Positions 25,480 to 41,103 of a stretch of 64,000 nt of DNA are shown here, piece by piece (the first letter of the stretch is position 1; the number at the start of each line of letters is the position of its first letter). Source of the DNA: Eledone cirrhosa (taxonomy: Eukaryota); contig OZ024766.1 in the NCBI GenBank assembly GCA_964016885.1, positions 16,740,001-16,804,000 on the forward strand, in the 5' to 3' direction. Under the pieces are notes generated by a model that was not told the DNA's origin, did no database searches, and saw only the letters and a program-made list of their open reading frames with translations. The translations under genes and the position numbers were made by a program.

Positions 25480-26845
25480 TTAATTTACTTAAAGCAATAA
25501 CAAGGTACAGCTAAATATAAACTATATTTTATAATGTAAGGTAGTGAACCACATAATTAAATAGACGGAGGTAATTTAAATAATAAATATATCTTTAATT
25601 TACTTAAAGCAATGACAAGGTACAGCTAAATATAAACTATATTTTATAATGTAAGGTAGTGAACAAGATAATTAAACAGACGGAGGTAATTTAAATAATA
25701 AATATATCTTTAATTTACTTAAAGCAATGACAAGGTACAGCTAAATATAAACTATATTTTATAATGTAAGGTAGTGAACAAGATAATTAAATTGACGGGG
25801 TTAATTTAAATAATAAATATATATTTAACTTACTTCAAGCAATAACAAGGTACAGTTAAATATAAACTACATTATGTAAGGTAGTGAACCACATAATTAA
25901 ATAGACGGAGGTAATTTAAATAATAAATATATCTTTAATTTACTTAAAGCAATGACAAGGTACAGCTAAATATAAACTATATTTTATAATGTAAGGTAGT
26001 GAACAAGATAATTAAACAGACGGAGGTAATTTAAATAATAAAAATATATTTAACTTACTTCAAGCAATAACAAGGTACAGCTAAATATAAACTATATTTT
26101 ATAATGTCAGGTAGTGAACAAGATAATTAAATTGACGGGGTTAATTTAAATAATAAATATATCTTTAATTTACTTAAAGCAATGACAAGGTACAGCTAAA
26201 TATAAACTATATTTTATAATGTAAGGTAGTGAACAAGATAATTAAACAGACGGAGGTAATTTAAATAATAAATATATCTTTAATTTACTTAAAGCAATGA
26301 CAAGGTACAGCTAAATATAAACTATATTTTATAATGTAAGGTAGTGAACAAGATAATTAAATTGACGGGGTTAATTTAAATAATAAATATATATTTAACT
26401 TACTTCAAGCAATAACAAGGTACAGTTAAATATAAACTACATTATGTAAGGTAGTGAACCACATAATTAAATAGACGGAGGTAATTTAAATAATAAATAT
26501 ATCTTTAATTTACTTAAAGCAATGACAAGGTACAGCTAAATATAAACTATATTTTATAATGTAAGGTAGTGAACAAGATAATTAAACAGACGGAGGTAAT
26601 TTAAATAATAAAAATATATTTAACTTACTTCAAGCAATAACAAGGTACAGCTAAATATAAACTATATTTTATAATGTCAGGTAGTGAACCACATAATTAA
26701 ATAGACGGAGGTAATTTAAATAATAAATATAGCTTTAACTTACTTAAAGCAATAACAAGGTATCGCTAAATATAAACTATATTTTATAATGTAATGTAGT
26801 GAACAAGATAATTAAATAGACGGAGGTAATTTAAATAATAAAGAC
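25480..26845. repeat. 115-bp minisatellite, unit 3 (~12 copies)
   Basis: Same monomer; 570-bp higher-order duplication. Confidence 0.9.
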
Positions 26846-27707
26846 AGTCATAACAATATATTTTATATCACATGTAACAGTGGAATCTGGTTAATCACTG
26901 GTGCGTTGTAGGGGTCACATAATTATTTTATTTACACACATTAATATAGATATTAAGTAAATCTTTGGCAACTTACCTCCTTCGCATATAATCAATGTAT
27001 TGTGTTGTTAGTTGTTACTAAACAACCAAAGAAATAATCTCTTTGTTATCAAATTAGAAGTTTCAATGTGATCAGCTTTATTTCACGACATTAACGTTGG
27101 TGTATCTTCTTCATCTTTAGTCATAAATTGATATCTTGTCAGAATGAAGTAGTGAGGCTGACTTTATGTCTTTAGCTACAGACTTGATAGGAAATATATA
27201 TATATTAGGTTGATATGTAGTCTAAAATATATATATATTGTCTATAAATGACTGATAGCAGATGTTCTGTTGAAATAGTAGTTTTACTACTACAGATTGT
27301 AATGGAACTCTTAGTAGACACAATTGTAAAGTAAGAATAGATATGACAGTGTAAGACTGATGTCGGGGAATTAAAATTGTGTGTGTGTATATATATATAT
27401 ATAATTGTTACACAAGATATAATTAGATAAATTAAAGTTATAATGAAGACAGCAGGTACTCGGTGTCTTAGCGAATATTTTGACTCTCGTACGGTGTCAA
27501 ACGTGAAAAGTCCCTGACATAATTTTGTACTTTCACTCACATTTCCAGTCGTATTTAATTTTATAGTGATGTGATTTATTAAAAAGAAACGTGATAATTG
27601 TTTCTACTTTAGGCACAAGGCCAGTAAATACCCCAGTACATTACTGGTACTTCATTTTATCGACCCCGTATGGATGAAAGGCAAAGCTTACCTCTGAGGG
27701 ATTAACT

Positions 27708-30585
27708 TTGCTTTTCATCCTTATCTCTATACATATAGAAAATGGACAGAGTGTGTACTTCACTGAAACCACTGCTCATCAGTTGACACCAGCACCACCT
27801 GACACTACTCTAACTGCTTTTTTGAAACACTGCCAGAATAAAGAATTTGTTCGATCCCTCCTATATGCTGACATCCCAAAATACTACACCTGGACCAATT
27901 GTAAGACTTGGAATCAAAGGAAGCAGGGTCATTTAGTGGAAGGTGATGAAGTCAAGGCAAGTGATGCTATTGGGCATGTTTACAATGACCACCCCAACAA
28001 CAGAGAGAGTTTTTATTTACAGTCACATCTGCATATTGTTCAAGGACCAACGTCATTTGAGGATCTCAGGTGATTTGGTGGAAGAGTGCAGCAAATAACA
28101 AGAAGCATCTAAAGAACATCAGATTCTGCATGGCAATTGATATTGGAAGAAGAGACTAGAAGGAGTAGTCACTGGAGTAGCCAGTTAAATAAGACAGCCA
28201 TGGACACCTGTATGACAACTGACATTGGAAGAAGGGACTAGAAGGAGCAGTCACTGGAGTAGCCAGTTAAATAAGACAGCCATGGACTTCTGTATGACAA
28301 CTGAGATTGGAAGAAGAGACTAGAAGGAGCAGTCACTGGAGTAGCCAGTTAAATAAGACAACCATGGACTTCTGTATGACAACTGAGATTGGAAGAAGAG
28401 ACTAGAAGGAGCAGTCACTGGAGTAGCGAGTTAAATAAGACAACCATGGACACCTGTATGACAACTGACATTGGAAGAAGGGACTAGAAGGAACAGTCAC
28501 TGGAGTAGCGAGTTAAATAAGACAGCCATGGACTCCTGTATGACAACTGACATTGGAAGAAGAGACTAGAAGGAGCAGTCACTGGAGTAGCCAGTTAAAT
28601 AAAACAGCCATGGACTCCTGTATGACAACTGACATTGGATGAAGGGACTATAAGGAGCAGTCACTGGAGTAGCCAGTTAAATAAGACAGCCATGGACTTC
28701 TGTATGACAACTGACATTGGCAGAAGTGACTAGAAGGAGCAGTCACTGGAGTAGCCACTTAAATAAGACAGTCATGGACACCTGTATGACAACTAACATT
28801 CGAAGAAGGGACTAGAAGGAGCAGTCACTGGAGTAGCCAGCTAAATAAGACAGCCATGGACACCTGTATGACAACTGACATTGGAAGAAGGGACTAGAAG
28901 GAGCAGTCACTGGAATAGCCAGTTAAATAAGACAGCCATGGACTCCTGTATGACAACTGACATTGGAAAGAGAGACTAGAAGGAGCAGTCACTGGAGTAG
29001 CCAGTTAAATAAGACAGTCATGGACACCTGTATGACAACTAACATTCGAAGAAGGGACTAGAAGGAGCAGTCACTGGAGTAGCCAGTTAAATAAGACAGC
29101 CATGGACACCTGTATGACAACTAACATTGGAAGAAGGGACTAGAAGGAGCAGTCACTGGAGTAGCCAGTTAAATAAGACAGCCATGGACTTCTGTATGAC
29201 AACTGAGATTGGAAGAAGGGACTAGAAGGAGCAGTCACTGGAGTAGCCAGTTAAATAAGACAGCCATGGACTCCTGTATGACAACTGACATTGGAAGAAG
29301 GGACTAGAAGGAGCAGTCACTGGAGTAGCTAGTTAAATAAGACAGCCATGGACTCCTGTAAGACAACTGACATTGGAAGAAGGGACTAGAAGGAGTAGTC
29401 ACTGGAGTAGCCAGTTAAATAAGACAGTCATGGACACCTGTATGACAACTAACATTGGAAGAAGGGACTAGAAGGAGCAGTCACTGGAGTAGCCAGTTAA
29501 ATAAGACAGCCATGGACTTCTGTATGACAACTGAGATTGGAAGAAGGGACTAGAAGGAGCAGTCACAGGAGTAGCCAGTTAAATAAGACAGTCATGGACA
29601 CCTGTATGACAACTAACATTGGAAGAAGGGACTAGAAGGAGCAGTCACTGGAGTAGCCAGTTAAATAAGACAGCCATGGACTTCTGTATGACAACTGAGA
29701 TTGGAAGAAGGGACTAGAAGGAGCAGTCACTGGAGTAGCCAGTTAAATAAGACAGCCATGGACTCCTGTATGACAACTGACATTGGATGAAGGGATTAGA
29801 AGGAGCAGTCACTGGAGTAGCCAGTTAAATAAGACAGCCATGGACACCTGTATGACAACTGACATTGGAAAAAGGGACTAGAAGGAGTAGTCACTGGAGT
29901 AGCCAGTTAAATAAGACAGCCATGGACTCCTGTATGACAACTGACATTGGAAGAAGAGACTAGAAGGAGCAGTCACTGGAGGGGCCAGTTAAATAAGACA
30001 GCCATCGACACATGTATGACAACTGACATTGGAAGAAGGGACTAGAGGGAGCAGTCACAGGAGTGGCCAATTAAATAAGACAGCCATGGACACCTGTATG
30101 ACAACTGACATTGGAAGAAGGGACTAGAAGGAGCAGTCACTGGAGTAGCCAGTTAAATAAGACAGCCATGGACTCCTGTATGACAACTGACATTGGAATA
30201 AGAGACTAGAAGGAGCAGTCACTGGAGTGGCCAATTAAATAAGACAGCCATGGACACCTGTATGACAACTGACATTGGAAGAAGGGACTAGAAGGAGCAG
30301 TCAATGGGGTAGCCAGTTAAATAAGACAGCCATGGACACCTGTATGACAACTGACATTGGAAGAAGGGACTAGAAGGAGCAGTCACTGGAGCAGCCAGTC
30401 AAATAAGACAGTTGTTTGCTACTATCCTCACAGCATCTGGAATAAATCTCATCTACCCTGGCAGGAGTACAAAAACAATATATCAGACGACTATCTACAT
30501 CTAGCCCAAAGATGTTATAGCAATATTTATGTGGAATCTACATCCAGGATTTACAATCAACCTCTGTGCAACCTGTCCCATTGAA
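27708..30585 (+). mobile_element. Helitron relic, unit 3
   Basis: 121-aa ORF 27708-28073 plus continuation. Confidence 0.82.
28139..30410. repeat. 82-bp minisatellite, unit 3 (~28 copies)
   Basis: Same monomer. Confidence 0.95.
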
Positions 30586-32672
30586 TTCCAGCAATGAATA
30601 GCAATGCAGGATGCCAGAGCCAGAAGAAATTGAGGTAATACAATCAGTTTTTCAGGAGACAAACCATGATATTGAAGTGTTGCGTAAGTTTGTGGATGAA
30701 AACAAACCTTGACTGGTGGATGACCAGAAATATGCCTACCACAAGATCTTGAAAAACATTCAACATGACAACACCCAGCACTCACTGTAAATGAGGTTGG
30801 CGTTAGGAAGGGCATCCATCTTTAGAAATCAAGCCACAATCAGTTCCCGTACCACCCTTGCAAGCAGGGAAAAAGCGGACGTGAAATGAAATGATGATGA
30901 ATGATGATTTTTTCAATAGGGTCACTTTAACGAATCAAAAGATATATAACAGAAAAACAGGCACTAAAATATATTTTCCGTGCTATTTCAAACTTCACCT
31001 TTTCTCTATATATAGAGAGAGAGCGAGAGGACAATTTGTCATGTCTTCATTACATTTATTGAGCAGTGAAGCACGTTTTGCTATCGATCAGCTCAAGGTT
31101 TGATCTGTATTGATCTAGCCTGACTCTGGAATTAAAAGCTTGTCAGACTTCTGTTGTGGTAATGTTACAATCCCTAGATATCATCATCATTGATTAATGT
31201 CTATCTTCCATGCTAGCATGGGTTGGACGGGTTTGTCGTATTTAGAAGCAAGTTAGGTCGGGTGACCGTGTCTCGCTCATATATATATATATATAGCAGG
31301 CGCTGCAAAAAAGATCCGGAAACTAACCATGCATCCCAGACATGGCTTCAAGTGACCCAGGCGGGCAGGTGCAGCAAACAAACGTTGCATACCTGACCCT
31401 GTGCGTATCGACAATGGTAGGGTTGTAACCATATCTTGTAACAGAGAAAAAAATTTTCTGGGAAAGACTGCCCTAACACCAGCTAGAGTTACCTCCCTTG
31501 ACCTACTGCAACATCAAAACACGCTTTTTTGCGAAGAATGAACTCTGACGTGAACTTATCTCTAAAAACACATTCTGGGCCATGTAAGGAACACTTTTTA
31601 GTTATTTATACCCTTGAGAAGCCCATCCAGGTGAAAATTACATAGGTGCTATTTTAAATAAACATCTTTTAACGGTCTGTTCTGCTATATTTTACTTTTC
31701 CACGTATAAATATATATATATATATATATATCAACTAGAAATTGATTGACATATAAATAAACATATGAAACAATCACAGGGGATAATTTGTAAAAGTGTG
31801 TAAGCACACATAGCTAGGTAGGTAACTAAATAAAGTTTAACTAGAACTTCAAAAATAGATACCTTAGAAAATGATTAATCTTCCTTGTATATATTCCATT
31901 AAAGAAATAAAGAAATATATTTCACCAATTAATCGATTGGTAAACGACAGTAGCCAGATCTTGGATTCTCAACAAGGAAGAAGTTCAACCATCTGTGTTT
32001 ACGCATCAAGTTCAAATCAGCGACTGACCAGTAACACATGCTGTATCTACTAAAAATACACACATCATACCAGCTTCATCCCAGTTGCGTGAATAGGGTT
32101 ATTGACAACTAGAAACAGCAGTCAGGTCCTTTCAACAGAGTTAGCTCTACAATTAAGAGGCCGTATTTATATATATCCAAAATTAAGATAAATTAAAACA
32201 AAATTAATCTATATCAAATTATGGGTGTCATGCCAGAAAGACATGCGCCATATCACCCGTAAAATAAGCACCATGGAGCTTATTTTATGGGTGATATGGC
32301 ACCTGTCTTTCTGGCATGACACCCATAATTTGATTTACATTAATTTTATTTTAATTTATCTTAATTTTGGATACATATATATAAATACAGAGAAAGAGAA
32401 GAGTAGACAAACAGACAATGACAAAGAAGAGGAATTAACCACCCCAGTATTTCACTGGTATTTCATTTATTGGCCTCAAAATATCGAAGCAACTTTACCT
32501 CAGTGGGATTTGTACTCTGAAAACTAGAACAGACACTGAAAATATATCAAGATGTGCACACATGTATATAAGAACACATATAAACATACATATACATATA
32601 CACACACATATATACACAAATAAAGATAATCATTTTCATGGACAGAAATTTCTACACACTGACATATACACT

Positions 32673-32708
<36 letters not shown>

Positions 32709-33249
32709 AAAATGTTTAACCCCGACGGCAGAGCTCAAGCCATTTCGACGGTTATGTCTGGACTGTTTCCAGAAATAGCCGTCGAAACGGATTGAGCTCT
32801 GCCGTCGGGGTTAAACATTTTCCTATTACCCGCTCTACTACCCTAAGTATTGAGTACTCTGGTGCGTATATGGTCCATCTGGTTCTTTACCACACCTCTT
32901 TTGTTATATATATATAAAATTATAAAAAACGAAAGGAGCTGTGTGGTTACTGTAAACAAAGTCTAAGATGGTAATATGGATGAAAGGAGAGAAGAAACCC
33001 TTCATCAGCTGTAAACCGAGATCATAGATGTTTTGGCACATATATATATATACAGTGTTTGTAAATTCTGTACCATACAGATTTGTCAGCATAAGTCTTG
33101 GTTACAACTTCTACAAATAAAATGAAAGGAGAATAATTTCAGAACAAAAAAGTTTTATTCAAAACATTAACATTGATGGCACTATTTTCGGTGAGTGACA
33201 TGGTTTTTATCTTGTCTGATTGTGTTTGTGTTACATTAAGTAACCTTAT

Positions 33250-34090
<841 letters not shown>

Positions 34091-34180
34091 TTATGGTTTC
34101 TTACCTGTATGGGTATATTTGTGTTTAGTTAAATTACTTAATTGAGAGAATGATTTACTACAGATATCACAGTGATATGG

Positions 34181-35620
34181 TTAGTCACCTGTATGGGTAC
34201 GTATGTGGCTAGTTAAGTGACCACTTTGAGAGAATGATTTACCACAGATATCACAGTGATATGGCTTGTCTCCTGTATGTATACGTTTGTGACTAATTAA
34301 ATTACTACAAGAAGAGAATGATTTACCACAGATATCACAGTGATATGGTTTGTCACCAGTATGGGTACGTATGTGACGAGTTAATATACTACTTAGAGAG
34401 AATGATTTACCACAGATATCACAGCGATATGGTTTCTCACCTGTATGTATACGCATGTGTGTAGTTAAGGTACTACTTTTATTGAATGATATACCACAGA
34501 TATCACAGTGATATGGCTTCTCACCTGTATGTATACGTTTGTGACTAGTTAAATTACTAATAAAAGAGAATGATTTACCACAGATATCACAGTGATATGG
34601 CTTCTCTCCTGTATGTATACGCATGTGTGTAGTTAAATGACTAATTTTATTGAATGATTTACCACAGATATCACAGTGATATGGCTTGTCTACTGTATGT
34701 ATACGTTTGTGTCTAGTTAATTTACTATTAACAAAGAATGATTTACCACAGATATCACAGTGATATGGCTTCTCTCCTGTATGTATATGTTTGTGTGTAG
34801 TTAAATGACTACTTCGAGAGAATGATTTACCACAGATATCACAGTGATATGGCTTGTCACCTGTATGGGTACGTTTGTGGCGAGTTAAGGTACCACTTTC
34901 AGAGAATGATTTACCACAGATATCACAGTGATATGGTTTGTCACCTGTATGTATATGTTTGTGTGTAGTTAAGTGACTACTTCGAGAGAATGATTTACCA
35001 CAGATATCACAGTGATATGGTTTGTCACCTGTATGGGTACGTTTGTGACAAGTTAATATACTACTTAGAGAGAATGATTTACCACAGATATCACAGTGAT
35101 ATGGTTTCTCACCTGTATGTATACGCATGTGTGTAGTTAAGGTACTACTTTGAGAGAATGATTTACCACAGATATCACAGTGATATGGCTTCTCTCCTGT
35201 ATGTATATGTTTGTGTGTAGTTAAATGAGTACTTCGAGAGAATGATTTACCACAGATATCACAGTGATATGGCTTGTCTCCTGTATGTGTACGTTTGTGA
35301 CTAGCTAAGTGACCACTTTCAGAGAATGATTTACCACAGATATCACAGTGATATGGTTTCTCACCTGTATGTATACGCATGTGGCTAGTTAAGGTACTAC
35401 TTTGAGAGAATGATTTACCACAGATATCACAGTTATATGGCTTCTCTCCTGTATGGGTACGTTTGTGACTAGTTAATTTACTACTAACAAAGAATGATTT
35501 ACCACAGATATCACAGTGATATGGCTTCTCTCCTCTATCGTTTGACATCTCTTCTGTAATAGCCATATCTTTAGACATTGTTTCACATTTAATCTTCTTT
35601 TCACTCAATTTATTTTCCAT
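34181..35620 (-). CDS. Poly-C2H2 zinc-finger protein, copy 4 (479 aa, 16 fingers, premature stop before the terminal finger)
   Basis: ORF ends HTGD-TAA; the shared terminal finger continues in frame at 34091-34180. Confidence 0.92.
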   Translation of the reverse strand: MENKLSEKKIKCETMSKDMAITEEMSNDRGEKPYHCDICGKSFFVSSKLTSHKRTHTGEKPYNCDICGKSFSQSSTLTSHMRIHTGEKPYHCDICGKSFSESGHLASHKRTHTGDKPYHCDICGKSFSRSTHLTTHKHIHTGEKPYHCDICGKSFSQSSTLTTHMRIHTGEKPYHCDICGKSFSLSSILTCHKRTHTGDKPYHCDICGKSFSRSSHLTTHKHIHTGDKPYHCDICGKSFSESGTLTRHKRTHTGDKPYHCDICGKSFSRSSHLTTHKHIHTGEKPYHCDICGKSFFVNSKLTRHKRIHTVDKPYHCDICGKSFNKISHLTTHMRIHTGEKPYHCDICGKSFSFISNLTSHKRIHTGEKPYHCDICGISFNKSSTLTTHMRIHTGEKPYRCDICGKSFSLSSILTRHIRTHTGDKPYHCDICGKSFSSCSNLISHKRIHTGDKPYHCDICGKSFSQSGHLTSHIRTHTGD

Positions 35621-36727
35621 AATAATTCTTCTTCCCTTGGCAGAATTTACAGATGTTATTCTTTAATATTTTTTATATTATAGTCCTAAAAAATATTTCT
35701 TCTGTTATATTTCTCTCAATTATGATCTCAGTTAATATCTGAAATGATCAAACTTCTTTGTCATTGAAGTTGAGTTAAAATACAAAATATATCTCATATA
35801 TATACCACACAGTGAAGAAAAGAAATTTTGTCTTTAAACTCAGTTCTGAGGAAATATATCACAGTAATTCTGATAGATTTATACAAACAGTGTTATGTAA
35901 GTTCTGTTTAAAAAGTTTTAATCTTCAAATGATGATAAATCGAGGTGATGTATCCAAGATTGAAAATAATAATTTATCCCAATGTCATCTGATATTCTGA
36001 AATGAAAAAGAAACAGTATGAGATAATAGAGAATACTTAAGAAGCAGAGATAGATTTAACAGTGGAAATTTTACATCTATAAACCCTGGAAACTTTTTAT
36101 TGAAAAATCAAATTATTTTAGTTTTTAATTAGTTACAAGAAATCTTCCTCCACACCTGCAACCAGGAGTGCATCTGGGGTTCTCTTCTCTTCAGAGAGAT
36201 GGAGAGAATACTTTGCTGATCTCCCAAACCCGATCACAACAGCATCTTCGGATGTATATGAGGTGAATCTGATAGCGGTGACTAATCTCTCGGAGGCTGA
36301 GGTCACAAGAGCAATTATAGAGCTCAAATGTGACCAACTCATGTGTGTCAGATGGCCTGGGTCTCTGAAATGGCACTCAAGCAATGCAATCGGGAGTGAT
36401 AATCCCAACTTATAAAAAGCGAGTCCAAGCTAGCTGATGGACAGTGCTGTTTTTTCCCTGGGTGCAACATAACCCACCAAATATTCACACTGTGGCAGGT
36501 CTTTGAGAAATCGTGGGAGTATTGCTAAGAGGTATATATTATCGTTTTATAGACCTTGAAAATGCATATGATCGCATTCTTCAGGACCTGCTGAGCATAC
36601 AGGAGTTCCCATGGGCAGCCAGTCTTAAACATCTCTGTTATAGGCTGCAGGACGATAATAACTAAGTGAGGGCTAAGAACAGAGCCCTGGTGGACACCAG
36701 ACTACACTCCAAATTCTTCACTATAAT

Positions 36728-36904
36728 TGTTTCTATTTTAAACACAAGGCCAGCAATTACCCAGTACATTACTGGTACTTTATTTTATCAACCCCGTATG
36801 GATGTAAGGCAAAGTTAACCTCGGCGGGATTTGAACTCAGATCATAAAGGGACGTAACTCTGTGCTTCAAAGCATGGTGTCCGACTCTCTACCGATACTG
36901 CCAC
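36728..36904 (-). mobile_element. SINE copy, unit 4
   Basis: Same position and TSD. Confidence 0.85.
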
Positions 36905-37109
36905 TTCACTATAATGAATGTTAATCCTGACATTGCTGACTGCTCTTCTATACATGGCTTTATGATCCTGTATACAAGACATGTATCAGACGGTTATTCA
37001 GCTAGCTCTTTAGAGTATTAGAACCTTATTATGTACAGCCACCGAGATCCCACACCAACAGATGTCCCTTCACCATCAAAGCAGATTTAGAATAAAATAG
37101 ACAAAATAT

Positions 37110-37640
37110 TAATTTACTTGAATTAAATAGACGTTTAAATTTACATAATTAAATAGACGGAGGTAATTTAATTAATAAAAATATCTTTAACTTACTTAAA
37201 GCAATGACAAAGTACAGCTAAATATAAACTATATTTTATAATGTAAGGTAGAGAACAAGATAATTAAATAGACGGAGGTAATTTAGATAACAAAAATATC
37301 TTTAATTTACTTAAATTAATTTACAAGGTACAGCTAAATATAAACTATATTTTATAATGTAAGGTAGTGAACAAGATAATTAAATAGACGGAGGTAATTT
37401 AGATAATAAATATATCTTTAATTTACTTAAAGCAATAACAAGGTACAGCTAAATATAAACTATATTTTATAATGTAAGGTAGTGAACAAGATAATTAAAT
37501 AGACGGAGGTAATTTAAATAATAAATATATCTTTAACTTACTTAAAGCAATAACAAGGTACAGCTAAATATAAACTATATTTTATAATGTAAGGTAGTGA
37601 ACAAGATAATTAAATAGACGGAGGTAATTTAAATAATAAA
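37110..37640. repeat. 115-bp minisatellite, unit 4 (~4.5 copies)
   Basis: Same monomer. Confidence 0.9.
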
Positions 37641-38718
37641 GACAGTCATAACAATATATTTTATATCACATGTAACAGTGGAATCTGGTTAATTACTAGA
37701 TCGTTGTAGGGGTCACATAATTATATTACTTACACACATTAATATAGACATTAAGTAAATCTTTGTCAACTTACCTCCTTCACATATAATCAATGTATTG
37801 TGTTGTTAGTTGTTACTAAACAACCAAAGAAATAATCTCTTTGTTATCAAATTAGAAGTTTCAATGTTATCAGCTTTATTTCACGACATTAACGTTGGTG
37901 TATCTTCTTCATCTTTAGTCATACATTGATATCTTGTCAGAATGAAGTAGTGAGGCTGACTTTATGTCTTTAGCTACAGATTAGATAGGAAATATATATA
38001 TATTAGGTTGATATGTGGTCTAATATATATATATTGTCTATAAATGACTGATAGCAGATGTTCTGGTGAAATAGTAGTTTTACTACTACAGATTGTAATG
38101 GAACTCTTAGTAGACACAATTGTAAAGTAAGAATATATATGACAGTGTAAGACTGATGTCGGGGAATTAAAATTGTGTGTGTATATATATATAATTGTTA
38201 CACAAGATATAATTAGATTAATTAAAGTTATAACGAAGACAGCAGGTACTCGGTGTCTTAGCGAATGTTTCGACTCTCGTTACGGTGTCAAACATTAAAA
38301 GTCCCTGATATAATTTAATACCTTAGAGACACATTTCCAGTCGTATTTAATTCTATAGTGATGTGATTTATTAAAAAGAAATGTGATAATTGTTTCTATT
38401 TTTTGGCACAAGGCCAGCAATTACTGGTACTATATTTAATCAACCCCGTAATAACTGTTTCTACTTTAGGCACAAGGCCAGCAATTACCTCAGTGTATTA
38501 CTGGTACTTTATTTTATCAACCCTGTAATAACTGTTTCTACTTTAGGCACAAGGCCAGCAATTACTCCAGTGTATTACTGGTACTTTATTTTATCGACCC
38601 CATAATAATTGTTTCTACTTTAGGCACAAGGCCAGCAATTACCCCAGTACATTACTGGTACTTTATAATACCGACCCCGTAGGGATGAAAGGCAAAGCTA
38701 ACCTCTGAGGGATTAACT

Positions 38719-41103
38719 TTGCTTTTCATCCTTATCTCTATACATATAGAAAATGGACAGAGTGTGTACTTCACTGAAACCACTGCTCATCAGTTGACAC
38801 CAGCACCACCTGACACTACTCTAACTGCTTTTTTGAAACACTGCCAGAATAAAGAATTTGTTCGATCCCTCCTATATGCTGACATCCCAAAATACTACAC
38901 CTGGACCTATTGTAAGACTTGGAATCAAAGGAAGCAGGGTCATTTAGTGGAAGGTGATGAAGTCAAGGCAAGTGATGCTATTGGGCATGTTTACAATGAC
39001 CACCCCAACAACAGAGAGAGTTTTTATTTACAGTTACTTCTGGATATTGTTCAAGGACCAACGTCATTTGAGGATCTCAGGTGATTTGGTGGAAGAGTGC
39101 AGCAAATAACAAGAAGCATCTAAAGGACATCAACTCCTGCATGGCAATTGACATTGGAAGAAGAGACAAGAAGGGGCAGTCACTGGAGTAGCCAGTTAAA
39201 TAAGACAGCCATGGACTCCTGTATGACAACTGAGATTGGAAGAAGAGACTAGAAGGAGCAGTTACTGGAGTAGCCAGTTAAATAAGACAGCCATGGACTC
39301 CTGTATGACAACTGAGATTGGAAGAAGAGACTAGAAGGAGCAGTCACTGGTGTAGCCAATTAAATAAGACATCCATGCACTCCCGTATGACAACTGGAAT
39401 TGGAAGAAGAGACTAGAAGGAGCAGTCACTGGAGTAGCCAGTTAAATAAGACAGCCATGGACTCCTGTATGACAACTGACATTGGAAGAAGGGACTAGAA
39501 GGAGCAGTCACTGGAGTAGCCAGTTAAATAAGACAGCCATGGACTCCTGTATGACAAGTGACATTGGAAGAAGAGACTAGAAGGAGCAGTCACTGGAGTA
39601 GCCAGTTAAATAAGACAGCCATGGACTCCTGTATGACAACTGACATTGGAAGAAGGGAATAGAAGGAGCAGTCACTGGAGTAGCCAGTTAAATAAGACAG
39701 CCATGGACTCCTGTATGACAACTGACATTGGAAGAAGGGACTAGAAGGAGCAGTCACTGGAGTAGCCAATTAAATAAGACAGCCATGGACTCCTGTATGA
39801 CAACTGACATTGGAAGAAGGGACTAGAAGGAGCAGTCACTGGAGTAGCCAGTTAAATAAGTCAGCCATGGACTCCTGTATGACAACTGACATTGGAAGAA
39901 GGGACTAGAAGGAGCAGTCACTGGAGTAGCCAGTTAAATAAGACAGACATGGACTCCTGTATGACAACTGACATTGGAAGAAGGGACTAGAAGGAGCAGT
40001 CACTGGAGTAGCCAATTAAATAAGACAGCCATGGACTCCTGTATGACAACTGACATTGGAAGAAGAGACTAGAAGGAGCAGTCACTGGAGCAGCCAGTTA
40101 AATAAGTCAGCCATGGACTCCTGTATGACAACTGACATTGGAAGAAGGGAATAGAAGAAGCAGTCACTGGAGTGGCCAATTAAATAAGACAGCCATGGAC
40201 TCCTGTATGACAACTGACATTGGAAGAAGGGAATAGAAGGAGCAGTCACTGGAGTAGCCAGTTAAATAAGACAGCCATGGACTCCTGTATGACAACTAAG
40301 ATTGGAAGAATGGACTAGATGTAGCAGTCACTGGAGTAGCCAATTAAATAAGACAGCCATGGACTCCTGTATGACAACTGAGATTGGAAGAAGGGACTAG
40401 GAGGAGCAGTCACTGGAGTAGCCAATTAAATAAGACAGCCAGGGACTCCTGTATGACAACTGACATTGGAAGAAGGGACTAGAAGGAACAGTCACTGGAG
40501 TAGCCAGTTAAATAAGACAGTCATGGACTCCTGTATGACAACTGACATTGGAAGAAGAGACTAGAAGGAGCAGTCACTGGAGTAGCCAATTAAATAAGAC
40601 AGCCATGGACTCCTGTATGACAACTGGCATTGGAAGAAGGGACTAGAAGGAACAGTCACTGGAGTAGCCAGTTAAATAAGACAGCCATGGACTCCTGTAT
40701 GACAACTGACATTGGAAGAAGGGAATAGAAGGAGCAGTCACTGGAGTGGCCAATTAAATAAGACAGCCATGGACACCTGTATGACAACTGACATTGGAAG
40801 AAGGGACTAGAAGGAGCAGTCACTGTAGTAGCCAGTTAAATAAGACAGCCATGGGCACCTGTATGACAACTAACATTGGAAGAAGGGACTAGAAGGAGCA
40901 GTCACTGGAGTAGCCAGTTAAATAAGACAGTTGTTTGCTACTATACTCACAGCATGTGGAATAGATCTCATCTACCCTGGCAGGAGCACAAAAACAATAT
41001 GTCAGACGACTATCTACACCTAGCCCAAAGACGTTATAGCAATATTTATGTGGAATCTACCTCCAGGATTTACAATCAACCTCTGTGCAACCTGTCCCAT
41101 TGA
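38719..41103 (+). mobile_element. Helitron relic, unit 4
   Basis: 121-aa ORF 38719-39084 plus continuation. Confidence 0.82.
39150..40930. repeat. 82-bp minisatellite, unit 4 (~22 copies)
   Basis: Same monomer. Confidence 0.95.
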
